Counted from the first letter of the stretch, positions 13,571 to 25,330 are shown. The stretch is 64,000 bases of DNA from Lepidodermella squamata (GCA_047495785.1 JBLDXI010000015.1:4340001-4404000), one strand, 5' to 3'. The notes: a model not told the origin generated them from the letters alone. Made by a program: numbers and translations.

Positions 13571-13956
13571 CTACCAATATCAATTCCGGAAAAATTTACA
13601 AATGCAAAAAACAACGATCGGTCTGCCATCAGAAATTTAATAATTATTCATTTGACTAACAGAAAAAGCAACAATACAACCGAGTTCGACGAATGAAAAT
13701 AGTACAGAGGCGTTCACATCAATTACAGCTAAGTTTCGAAAATAAGATTGTGATTATAATAATCATGGTAATTAATTCATTGCCATTATCATTTAGATTG
13801 AAAAGACATGAGACGACCGTGTCGACAGAAATGCTACTAAAACGAGAACACGAGTAGAACACTACTGCATCGTGGAACTCTATCCACATTATAATAATCT
13901 TAATCAAAAGTTAAAAACATGAAGGGATGCAGTAGGCATGACAAGGCACCATAATC

Positions 13957-14331
13957 TTATCGACGGAAATCTTCAGCATTAAACATGCCCTTGGCTCTTC
14001 TCAATATCGAATCTTTCTCCGGATTGTAAGGATGATCTTTGCTCGGAATCTCGAGAATCGTCGGAATAGGCTGCTGGTAATTGTCGATTAAGTGACGAAT
14101 CATGTCGGCTACGTATTGGTTGATCACAATAATAGCGATGTCGTCTCGGCGGATGAATGTTTTGAAACATTCCTCGATTTGGCTGACACTAGTGTTCTTG
14201 TCAATAACGAGAAAATTTGGCTGACGAGCCTTATTGAGCTCTCCGATACCACCAAGCAAAAACCCGGTGCAAGTGTCTTCATCTCCAATAACAGCCATGA
14301 GTTTTCCTTTCGGTCCCGTGATCGTGGCCAT
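13957..14331 (-). CDS. ATP6V1F: V-type proton ATPase subunit F (intronless CDS)
   Basis: [59 protein letters not shown]. Confidence 0.97.
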   Translation of the reverse strand: MATITGPKGKLMAVIGDEDTCTGFLLGGIGELNKARQPNFLVIDKNTSVSQIEECFKTFIRRDDIAIIVINQYVADMIRHLIDNYQQPIPTILEIPSKDHPYNPEKDSILRRAKGMFNAEDFRR

Positions 14332-15933
14332 TTTAATAAAGAACAAGAAAAACTATCAACGCAAATAAAATATAGGCAATTCAGGCAAATTTACACACCG
14401 GGGGTTCGAGCATAATAATAAGTATATAAAAAGGTTTGCTGAGGAAACGGGCTTCAAGTTATATCAGAGAAAAATGCTTATTTTGAAAAATGCGCGCTTC
14501 ACACATCTGCATATATATTACATCAAATAAATAATTCGATAAATTCGATACTTTAATTGTGGTAATCTGAGATTAGGAATCTTGCCAGATGTTCCATAAA
14601 TTCTTTAGAATAAGACGCATGTCTCCGCTCTACCTGAAAAATAAGACTTTAGCGACACGATGGAGTTTACGTATGTTAGGGAGGATTAAGTCGTCTGAGA
14701 CCTGTAAATTGAGGCTATACAAGGAGAACTAGTGTAGGTCTATAACTAGAACTATACTAGCGTGTAGGTCATATTGAAATTAAAGAATCCACCTATTTCT
14801 CGTGAACGCACTTACTGCAATTTGCTCGAAGATTCGAAAAATTCACTCAACCCCACTTTTCACTTCAAACGGTCAAGTGCAATGAGAGTGCAACTTGTTG
14901 GCCGTTGGCCGTGACTCGTCACGCGAAATCGTAAGAATCTGATTGAATCTGGCTTCAAGATTAATGTGACCTGTACTTGAGAGTTTCATCGCATTAGTAC
15001 AATCATTATGTAAAAAAACTCAATCTGTCCAACAAAACGTCTATAATTCAGCATTAAAAGAAGCCAAACTGAAGAGGCAGTTAATCTCAGTGATGCCCGC
15101 CACAGACGAGAGCTGATTCTTTCTTCTGAATTCATAACGACTAACAAAACAATCATAAAAGAATGATATTCAAATCGGCCTTGAAGGAGGGTAGGTTCGA
15201 AGAGCGTGTTCCCCGTTGCATCCATGTACCGCGTTCACTTCATCCTCTCCTTTTTTCGGGTAAACTATAACAAAAGAACACGAAATCATGGTCAGTCCAA
15301 CTCCTATCATTTATCGGATTTGCTAAACGCCATTCATAGCGCCATAATGGAACTTGGATCCCTCCAACAGAAGCTGAACGTAAATACAGGAGTAGCTGAG
15401 CGGGCAGTTGGAAGGGCAACCTCCAGACTTTAGTTTTTTTGCGTATCGAGCCCGCTAAAAATACGTGAAGGTCGCAGAAAATGAAATTTTATAGAATTGT
15501 AGTGAACATATATAACTATCAATATCTATCATTTTAAGAAGTCAAACATGCGTTTTGGCTTTCGGCTTCAAAACGAGAAAGAAAAGAAAGAAAGAAAGAA
15601 AAAAGAACCCTGGAAAGTGGAAACGTTGCTCGAACTTTGGCTTTCGACATCGGTGGATGTGAACACGCCTACCATCGTCTCTGATGACTTGAGAGTATTT
15701 TTATATTTACTTGCTATCAGCTATTTCTGGTCCATACACATTTTACGCATGTTAGGTTAATGCTGTTTGGGACAAAAAGTCTTAACTTCAAGTATGGTCC
15801 CAAGCCAGTAAATGGCCAAATTGTTATCTTTGTCACTGCACATTGCTAAACGTTTTGCGAAATTCCCTATGCAACATTCTCTTATATTTGTTTTCACACT
15901 TTAGTGAACATCGTTAGTTGCTCATGATATTCA

Positions 15934-17018
15934 ATGCCTTTTTTTGGGAAAGATTGGCGATCATCTGGCGACCTGTGGATAAAGACTCCAAATGGATGGA
16001 GAAAGGCTGCAATGTTGCGTCAGAAATTGCTGGAAAACTTGACACAAAGCATTCTACTCCGATTTTTTCGAAAGCGAATGTCCGATGACGATTCAAGTGA
16101 ATTGACCGTACCTGTATTTAACCAACATCCGCAAGTTTACTTGAACAAAGTTGGAACGAGGAAGGAAATCGCGCCGGAACTCAACGAAGGCTTAGAATTG
16201 ATGGATATAACATCCTCTGTCCATGATCTGAGACGCGTGCAGTTTGCGATTTTATTAACAAAACTTCTAGTTGAGAAATTTGCCGATTTAACGGTGCAAG
16301 CTCAGAAAACCGTTGTTTGCATAATCGGTGAGCTGGTTACCCACTGCGAAAGGACAAATATGGATTCACCGGCTGTTCGGCGCATAATCTTCAATTTGGA
16401 GAGAATATTGAGCTCTAGTCGCTTTCTGCACATTGCCAACTCACCTCAATTTTCCTCTCGGAGTGATTTGCTGTTTAATTATCGAAATCGCCTGGAACTG
16501 TGTCATCCTCAACACGAAAATTCTACCTCTAAAGTCAATCTATTGAATCTTCCTGATGATTGCCTTCTCGCTATTGCTCACCACTTCGTCGATCCTTACG
16601 ACGTCGAGAGATTCGGTGCAACTTGCAAGCGGCTGAATGTTGTTTGCAGCAACCCGCATCTTTGGCAATCCCTGTGCGAGCTGTATTTTCCAGCCGCTGA
16701 TATTAAGCGTATTCAATCAACTCAATTGCTAAATTCTAAATGCGGTATCGCTCACGAGGTTCCCGATTGGCGTTCGTACTGCTTGCGCATGTATCGACCT
16801 TATCGGCTACACCGAAGTTTTGCCGATCAGCCGCGATTGTGTCAACAATGCTGGTGTGTCTTCTGGAAATTGAGCGGTAAGTTAGATTCACGCAGTTGAT
16901 AAAGTTGTCTTACTCGTTCATTTAAGGTCATCAATGCGCTCTTCGTTCTAAGGCGATTTCGTATTCTGGGAGAGATGTTTCACCTGGTGACTTCCTGCAA
17001 CTACTGATGTCGGGTTAA
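15934..17018 (+). CDS. F-box protein of the FBXO25/FBXO32 (atrogin-1) family (2 exons)
   Basis: N-terminal MPFFGKDWRSSGDLWIKTPNGW; F-box LLNLPDDCL; C-terminal LCQQCWCVFWKLSGHQC...VSPGDFLQL. Confidence 0.9.
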
Positions 17019-17764
17019 TACAACATTCAACTCGATCATAATTTTCCCTGTAATCGAGTCATCAAAGGGATACAAAGTCGATTTTTGCGAATCTATATAC
17101 AATTTTACAATATTTTCAAATTGTTGTAGGCTTTTTTGCCAATAACTATTTTTGTATTGCCAGATCTTGATATGTTAGTTGTGAACATGACGCTTAAATC
17201 GTTTGTGGATTTACGGTTCATCTTTTGCGGGATGCATAATGGGGTGTATTTTGCCAAATGTTTTGTGATTGGTCTCTTAGCCATTCGTAATTGATATCAA
17301 ATTCAGACACTTTTTACTTCAATCAGGATATATTCAAATCATTTGTCAATTTCCGCTATATTTTTGTCGCCGATTTCTATTGTGTTTGTGATAAAGAGAG
17401 AATTGTGTATTCCATTAAAATTGTTATTTTCTTTGATTCCTTTGCCATAATGTGCCATTATATCTCAATAAAATAATAGTTGATTTTACAAATCATATGC
17501 TATCACTTCAATTCAGTATCATCATTTCTTGCTCCATTTTCATCGGTCATTTGTTTCGCTAATCATTTTCACCCAATTACTGTTCGATTTGTTCGTCTGT
17601 TCCGTTCTTCTCGAGACATACTTTCTATGTTTTGTCCGATACACCTTAATATGTCATTGGGAATTCGCTGATTATTTTTGTCACTGATTTAATATTAAAC
17701 CACTTGATTCCGTTTATAGTTATACTTTCTTTTGTGAATTTAGGAATTTAATACGTGGATAACA

Positions 17765-19012
17765 ATGGAAGGCGAAATTCCCGAGCATCAGGTGCCTGCA
17801 GTGCAACCTTCAAAGAAAAAGAAGAAAAAGGAAAAAGAACCTCGCCCGTTTGATTTTTCGAAGCATGCTCGTCGCCATGTAGCTTTACAGCTGGTTTATT
17901 TGGGATGGGACTATCATGGCTTCACCGTGCAAGATACCACTGACAAAACCGTGGAAGCCGCTTTGTTTCCTGCTTTCATGACTACTCGATTGATCGAATC
18001 TCGCGAAACCTCTGACTATCATCGCTGCGGTCGCACTGATAAAGGCGTAAGCGCTTTTGGTCAGGTGATTTCCATCACATTTCGCTCAGCTCTTTGTACC
18101 GGAGTTGGTCTGATTCGTCCTGGCGATGTTGTTCAATCTGACCCTAAATGTACTTGTGGTAAGAATTGTTCAGACGAAAAAGAACTGCCGTATATACGAA
18201 TGCTGAACCGGTCCTTGCCTCGTGACATTAGAATTTTAGCATGGGCACCAGCGCCCATCGGCTTCAGCGCTCGCTTTGACTGTACGTCTAGAATGTATCA
18301 CTACACGTTCCCAGCTCCTTCCGGTCTGATGAACGTTGCCGCCATGAAAGAAGGAGCTTCTAAATTTGTTGGCACTCATGATTTCAGAAATTTTTGTCGA
18401 GCTGACCAAACTCGTGCGGGTCAGTCGTTTTACCGTGATGTGTTTTCGACTGATGTGGCTGCAATGCCTTCCCCTGCATCCAATCAACCTCCCTTTGGTA
18501 AATTCGAAATAGTAGGATCTTCATTTTTGTGGCACCAAGTTCGCTGCTTGATGACTGTCTTGCTATCCATCGGTCGCGGAGAAGAATCAGTTGATCTGAT
18601 TGAAACCATGCTCGATCCTCAGAAAACCCCTGAAAAACCTGCCTACTCCATGGCTGCTGATTTCCCTCTCGTTCTTGCCCACTGCACGTATAATAATCAC
18701 GATTTGAGATGGCAAGAGGATAAAGTTGAATTAGCTCGTGTCGCTGAACATTTTGAAAAAATGTGGACACAATTCGCTGTTCAAACAAGTTTGATTGGCG
18801 ATTTGATAACCTCACTACGAGAGCGATCAGGAACCACCTCTTCGCAATGGTCTGGTAGTCTCAATGCTTTCCTGCCGCCCAGTCAACCTCGAATTGGCCG
18901 GTCATGGTTCACCGGAAATATGAAGCGAAAACTCGAGGCTAATGCCAATGCCAATGGCACTGCAGAGCCTATCGAGAAGAAAATTGCCGCGGAAAATGAG
19001 CAATCAAATTAG
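17765..19012 (+). CDS. PUS3: tRNA pseudouridine(38/39) synthase, TruA family (intronless)
   Basis: RPFDFSKHARRHVALQLVYLGWDYHG, YHRCGRTDKGVSAFGQV (catalytic Asp), FSARFDC, GTHDFRNFC, FLWHQVRC. Confidence 0.95.
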   Translation: MEGEIPEHQVPAVQPSKKKKKKEKEPRPFDFSKHARRHVALQLVYLGWDYHGFTVQDTTDKTVEAALFPAFMTTRLIESRETSDYHRCGRTDKGVSAFGQVISITFRSALCTGVGLIRPGDVVQSDPKCTCGKNCSDEKELPYIRMLNRSLPRDIRILAWAPAPIGFSARFDCTSRMYHYTFPAPSGLMNVAAMKEGASKFVGTHDFRNFCRADQTRAGQSFYRDVFSTDVAAMPSPASNQPPFGKFEIVGSSFLWHQVRCLMTVLLSIGRGEESVDLIETMLDPQKTPEKPAYSMAADFPLVLAHCTYNNHDLRWQEDKVELARVAEHFEKMWTQFAVQTSLIGDLITSLRERSGTTSSQWSGSLNAFLPPSQPRIGRSWFTGNMKRKLEANANANGTAEPIEKKIAAENEQSN

Positions 19013-19120
19013 CAAAAAAGTTTTAGCCTTGTGATAATTTGTTGCGTCTAAATTTAGTGATAATTTACTTCGGTTTTTAATTTGTTTAGGAGTTTTTGAC
19101 GGTAATATATTTATTGAATA

Positions 19121-22100
19121 ATGGCGCCGCAAGACAAATGGGTCGTCAAGCAGGTCCTGTCGGGTGACCGGGTGATTCTGCGTGGCCAGCCTCGCGGAGG
19201 TCCCCCGCCAGAAATGACCTTTGGCCTGTCGAACTTGACCGCTCCGAAGCTGGCCCGCCGCCCCTCTCCGCAAGACCCTGGCAGTGAGCAAGACGAGGCG
19301 TTTGCGTGGGAGGCTCGTGAGTATCTTCGTAAGAAGCTTATCGGCAAGGAGGTTTTCGTCAAGAATGAGTACCAGGCTCCAAACTCGACCATGTCTTACG
19401 GGTACATGTTCCTTGGAAAGGACGAGACTGGCGAGAACATTGCCGAATCGCTTGTTCGCGAGGGTCTTGTTGAAGTTCGCCGCGCTGGCAAGCCCACTGA
19501 GTAAGTTTTTATTTAATTTATTTCGTTAGTCCTCATTTTATTTTTTCCGTTCTAATTTAAAATGTACACTTGATAAGTGCGCCGTTTGTTTACCAATACA
19601 TCCGTGCAAGTTAGGTATCGTTATCTTTGAGCTCGATTGAATAGCCTGTAATGAGTACTACATGGGCAAAACTGCTCATCTTTCATCTTTGATTGAATTC
19701 AGTACTTGGCCATGCTCCCAGTTTGTAACTTATGAATCACCGCCCATGCCGGTTTTTTGCATTAGTGCCACGTGGTCTGCACTGACACGAGGTGCGACCG
19801 CGTGGCAACATTTTTTGTCATCCCAAGTGCGAAAGAACAACCAATCAAACAGAATAAGATGAACAATATTTATATACACTCTATCATATTTGCATTTAAA
19901 AATTCTTTGGACTTGGATAAATATTGTTAACTGATGTGTTAATAACTTTATGCTTTATTTGATAGAGAGCTACAACGTTTGATTGCTCTTGAAGAAGAGG
20001 CCAAGCTGCACAAGGTCGGCAAATGGACCGAAGGCGAACCAACTCCGCGCACCGTTCAATGGAACATCGAGAACTTGGGCGAGTTTGTCGCCAGCGTCAA
20101 GGGCCAGCAGCTGCCAGGCATCGTTGAGTTTGTCCGCGACTGCTCGACCTTGCGTGTCTACTTGATGCCGCCGCATTCAGCCTATGTTACCGTCCAACTC
20201 ACCGGTATCAAGGGCCAAACGTCTCGCACGAACGATGATGGCACCACCGCCAGCGAGCCGTTCGCCGACGAAGCTAAATTCTTCGTCGAATCACGCCTAC
20301 TCCACCGTGATATTAAGGTGGTGCTCGAAGGCATTTCGAACCAAACTATTGCCCTGGCCACCCTCATCCACCCTAATGGCAACATTTCTGAAATGCTGCT
20401 GGCCGAGGGTTTCGCCAAGTGCATCGACTGGACTATTGCTAAGCTCAGCAGCGGTGTTGATCGATACCGCCAAGCTGAGAAGTCGGCGAAGGAAAAGCGA
20501 GTCCGCATCTGGAAGGACTACCGCCCACCCACCGCTCCAGCCAACGGTGAACCCACTATTGACGAAAAGATGGAACCTTTCGAGGCGAAAGTGCTGGAAA
20601 TCGTTAACGGCGATGCGTTGATCGTCAAGCCGTTGACGGGCAAACAAGCCGGCAAGTACTTGAAGGTCCACATCGGTGGTATCCGCCCACCTCGTCTTGA
20701 AGATTTCGGCGAGGCTGGTGCTAAGCTGCGTGACCAGGTCGACCCGAAGGCTCAAAGCGGCGACAACAAGCAGCAGCAGCAAGGCCAACAGCAGCGCTTC
20801 CGTCCGCTCTATGACATTCCTTTCATGTTCCAAGCTCGCGAATTCATGCGGAAAAAGCTGGTTGGCAAGAAGGTGAGAATTTGAGAAAATTCGAAAAATA
20901 GGGCACTTGAACCCTAGGAAATTGTGCTTTCTACCTCAGTTTCCTTTCAAAACTAGTGCAATAATGAACACCAAACGCTATACTCGTACGGTTTTCTCTA
21001 AGCCTTGCTCAATGAGTCAATCGTTTGTCTTGTGGCTTTACATTTGTTTTCTCGATTTCAGGCCACTATCAAGGTCGACTATGTTCAACCGCCGTCCCAG
21101 GGCTACCCTGACCGCCTGTGCTGCACTGTCACCCAGGGTGCGAACATGAACATTGGCGAGGCCCTTGTCGCTCTCGGCTTGGCTACAGTTGTCAGGTACA
21201 AGCAGGACGACAACAACCGGCCGTCGAACTACGATGCTCTTCGCCAGGCTGAGGAGAAGGCAAAGGCCAAGTCGGCTGGTATGCACAAATTCTACGTCGA
21301 CAGCCGTTCGAACTCCACTGTGACTGCCGCTAACCGTGGTCTTCAGGAACTGCCTGTAATGCGTGTCATTGATATTGCCGGGGTAAGTATTTTCAGTCAT
21401 TTCCGGAAAATTAGGGCGCATGGATTACGGAGTATGCGTGATTTCAATACGCTTGACTCTTTGCACCAGCGCGACATTAACTCGAAGCAATTTATATTTC
21501 AAATTTAATGGATTTTGTGCCATTGTGTTTTTAACTGTTGCTTTATACATCTTTTCCCAGGATGCTCCGCGTGTTCGTCAGTATTTCCCGTCGTTTGAAC
21601 GTGCTGGAACTTTCGATGCCACCGTCGAATTCGTCGCCAGCGCCTCGCGCACCCGCGTTTACATTCCGAAGGAATCGGTCACTGCCACGTTGCTGCTTGC
21701 CGGCGTTGAGTGCCCTATGCCTTCCCGCCCGTCACCCCGCGGCGGTGGCGCCATGCTGCCGGCCGAGCCTTTCGGTGAGGAAGCATGTCTGTTCCTGAAA
21801 GAACTGGTTATGCAGCATGACGTCAAGGTCAAGGTCGACTCATTTGACCGAGGAGGCAACTTGATCGGCTGGATGTTCGTCGGTCAGGGCGAGCACCAAC
21901 GCAACATTGCGCTTGAGCTTGTCAACGCCGGCTTTGCTCGCGTCCACTTCTCGGCTGAAAAGTCGCCCTACTACCAGGCGATGAAGGCCGCTGAGGAGAA
22001 GGCATCCGCCGCAAATCTCAAGATTTGGAGCATTCCCCGCCCGGAGCCAGAAGCCAACGCCGAGCAAAAGCAGGAGGTTGAAGCTGATGTGCCTGAAAAG

Positions 22101-22862
22101 GAAGCTGCATCTCTGCCGTACAAACCCTGCGAGATCTTGAGCATTTCCCCGACTGGCTCAATTTCCCTGCGATTCTTGACTGCCAAAGACTCGTTGAAGG
22201 ACATGTTGTCGAAACTGAACGATGACTACCAGTCTTCTCCTCCCTTGGCCGGTGCCTACACTCCACGGAAAGGTGACCTGTGCGCTTATCGTGCCTCTCT
22301 GGACAACAATGCCAACTGGGAGCGCGCTCGCGTTGACACTATTTCAGGTGGTAAGATTTCGATCGTTTTGATCGACAGCGCGAAGACGCTGGTTCTGAAC
22401 TCGGCTGCTCAACTCGCTGTCTTGCCCGAGCGATTCAAATCCCTGCCGCCTCAAGCTACTGAAGCTAACCTTGCCGGAATCCGCTTCCCGAAGGACGAGG
22501 AATACCGCGCTGATGCCATCAACCATATGCAGCAGCTGATTGACGATCACAACGGTCCGATGGAAGCCGCTGTTGTGTCGAAGGTTGGCGGTGATAATAT
22601 CGTTTTGCGCCTGGTGTCCAGCACTTCCAACGGAGATTCAAGCTCGTCTGATGACGTTGACGTCGGTCGTCATCTGCTTGCGAATGGCCTTGTCACCATC
22701 GACCGCAAAGCCGTCCGCCGCCAGATGCCCAACGCAAGCCTCCGTGAAGAGCTGTCGGCCGCTCAAGCCAAGGCCCGCGAACGCCGCCTGAATATCTGGC
22801 GCTACGGTCACTTTGAAGAAGAAGGTTCCGATGACGAGAACGAACGTCCCTTCCGGCGCTAA
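19121..22862 (+). CDS. SND1: Staphylococcal nuclease and Tudor domain protein (Tudor-SN); 4 exons, introns 19501-19965, 20873-21061, 21383-21560
   Basis: VKQVLSGD...RGQPRGGPPPE, FAWEAREYLRKKLIGK, RFRPLYDIPFMFQAREFMRKKLVGK, NIWRYGHF; repeated SN domains plus Tudor. Confidence 0.96.
20901..21045 (+). ncRNA. Intronic H/ACA snoRNA in SND1 intron 2; 5' pocket complementary to the conserved 18S sequence GAA-U-C-AGGGUUCGA
   Basis: Hairpin 1 GCACT/AGTGC plus AGGAAATTG/CAGTTTCCT with pocket (T)TGAACCCT and TTC; hinge ATAATGAACACCA; hairpin 2 GCTATA/TGTGGC plus ACGGTT/AATCGT; ACA at 21040-42 followed by TTT; pocket-to-box spacing 15 nt in both hairpins. Confidence 0.75.
21414..21552 (+). ncRNA. Intronic H/ACA snoRNA in SND1 intron 3; 5' pocket complementary to 28S UGCAA-U-A-GUAAUCC
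   Basis: Hairpin 1 GCGC-TGG/CCA-GCGC, GGAGT/ACTCT, GCGT/ACGC with pocket ATTAC and TTGCA; H box ACATTA at 21474-79; hairpin 2 AAGCAA/TTGCTT plus AATGG/CCATT; ACA at 21547-49. Confidence 0.78.
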
Positions 22863-24178
22863 ATTTACGAGAGATCTGTGAGAGAATGGGCCTAATTGTT
22901 GCGTTTAGGCTGAGCACGAACTTTATTTTAAATCGGGAAACTATTCAATAAGTCTATTATAGGCGGAGATTGGTGATCAATATCTTAATTATTATTATTT
23001 ATAATTCCAGGCATGTGGCATGAAATAAACCGATTAGGTTGCATATATTCTGCACCATATGAATTGAAGGTCTCTTCGCTATTTTAATTGTAATCGGAGC
23101 GAATGTTGTCAAAATTTATCTTCATGCTCACTTTAATGGGTCGTTTTTTTCGGATTCTGTTGCACGTGAACCAAAAAACATTAGCAGCACTTGTGATCGT
23201 TAAGTATCTTTTTCTCCACGTGAATTACATCATTATTTGTTCATCTGAGTTGTGTTTTTTCGCATACGCGGTAAACGTGTTTACTGTAATAAGTATTGCG
23301 AGTCTTGATGCGTTGTGAGCGCGTTATTTTGACCGAAATTAATTACAACTGACTTTGCCTTCTTGCGAGTGTAATATTATTATTTCGTCTTGTGCAAGCA
23401 AACGCATCTTCATTTTTGGTGAGAGGTGCTTTTGTGTACTGAATTAGCATGCTCAAAGCAGCACTTATTTTTCGAAAAAGACGCACATGTATATTGACTA
23501 AGCTCTCGGATAGTGCATTAAATGTAATAAATTTATTCCTGTCTTCGCATTTCTCAGCATTCAGTTATGATTTCTCTACAAGAATATCTGTATAATTTAA
23601 TTGAAAACCAAGACGAGGCCATATCTTGTGAAGTTATATGCCTATGTTATACTGAAAATTAACCCGGCAATTGAAAATTAAATAAAAACTGGTGAGGTTT
23701 AAATAGTGTGATCTTTTATTCCTTTTTTCTCGTCAATTTTCAAGGCACTCGTTGCATTGAAAATATTATTTACAAAATACAAAGGCCAGCAGAAAATTCA
23801 ATCGATGACGATGTGCCACTTCGAGTATGTCAGTTTTCCAGGAATTTCAACATGACATTATGCAGCCAGACTTTCACGCCAAATTCAAGCACCTTGGGCG
23901 CTGTTATTAGCATTGCTGCTACTATTTCAAGGAAGATAGAAGTACATGAAAAGAGAAACATGAACAAAACTGTAGACGACAATTAATCTTGAATAGCAAG
24001 AATTTTAATGACGAAAAAATAAACAAAAACACGAAGACGCGAATATTATCCCAGCACAACGATCGTCCTTGAAAACGACAAACAGATGGTAGTAGCACGA
24101 TCCCCTCATTCGGTCACTGTTCCAATGCAGAAGGATGTTCCCTGCAAAAACGCTCATTTCTGCGACGATTTTTAATAA

Positions 24179-24830
24179 TTAAAAGTGCAAAGGAGCTAAT
24201 TGGTTAAGATCTCTATGGGTAAAGTTAGGCGAAGAACTGCCAGGGATTGTTCTGAATTTATGCGTAGCGCTGTTGGCTGCACCTTCGGGGGAAAGAGCTT
24301 TTTTCTCAGTAACAGCCAACTGGCCGGCGGAAGCAGCTCGTGTCAGAGAGGCGGGGGATGAGTCGCTCTGATTGCAAGGGAAAAATCCTGGTTCACCAGC
24401 GACAATACCTTAAAAAAGCCAAAATATAACATTAAAGTTTCTTTTCATGTTTATGCGTACCTTTCTCTTTTACTTGTGTGACAAGAGATGCTGATTCTGG
24501 AATGGTAATCATTGAAGAGCCCTTTTTAATTTTATTGCTCGGATATGCTTCGATGTTGAGAAGTTTGTTGACAAAAATATGGGGATTGAGAGGCTCTTCG
24601 CCGTGCCCAGAAGTTTCGGACGTCGCCGGTGAAGCAAGCTGGTCATGTGAGCCGTATTTCCGATGGTTCAGAAGTGAAGAAACTTTAAACATTAAACCGC
24701 CATCGAAATGATCAGGAGGTGACGCGGGGAAGTCTTCGAGCGCCGCAGAGGCTGACTGAGTTCGAAGGCCGATAGGCGCTGTTGGTCGTTGAGAATCCAT
24801 TGGATTCGCTGCAGTATTACTACTAGACAT
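24179..24830 (-). CDS. Hypothetical Ser/Pro/Ala-rich protein of about 200 aa (2 exons), ending HRDLNQLAPLHF
   Basis: ORF 24432-24851 spliced through a ~50-nt GT-AG intron into a second in-frame exon; no recognised domain. Confidence 0.7.
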
Positions 24831-25330
24831 TTTTCGGTGTGTTTGTCCCAAAGTAAATTAAATCATCAACTACTGGCTTTCAGACCGCATCGCCAGTAAA
24901 AAAATATATTATACTTGTATAATAAAACCTACGCAAAAAAATGAAAAGGTGAGAGACAAATGCCGCAAAAAAACATCTCCTTGCGATCAATCGGCGCGAC
25001 AAAATGCACACTTGTATTTCAAGTGGAGTACGTATCCTTTTTAGAAATTCTTTTGTACAAAAATGCACTCGGGAATTATTCAGTGAGCCCATTGATAAAA
25101 GCCGACAGAGAAGACGAGCTTGAAGTGCGTAATTTTCCGTCCCAGCCAGCCGAAAAAATAGCATCTGCAGCAGCCCATTTCACGCAGCGAACGAATCCGT
25201 TGTGATGGCCGACTACGATATGGCGCTTCAAGTATCTTCATTTGCATGTAAAACAAAAAATGAATCATCTAATAAATAGTTTTTTTAGTCATTGGCTAGT
25301 ACGTCTACTACTGCAGCTATGCGCTGGCGC

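Noticed and set aside
19640-19815. Telomerase RNA (pseudoknot-like pairings plus a terminal hairpin and ACA)
   Set aside because: No CTAACCC- or CCTAACC-type template in the intron
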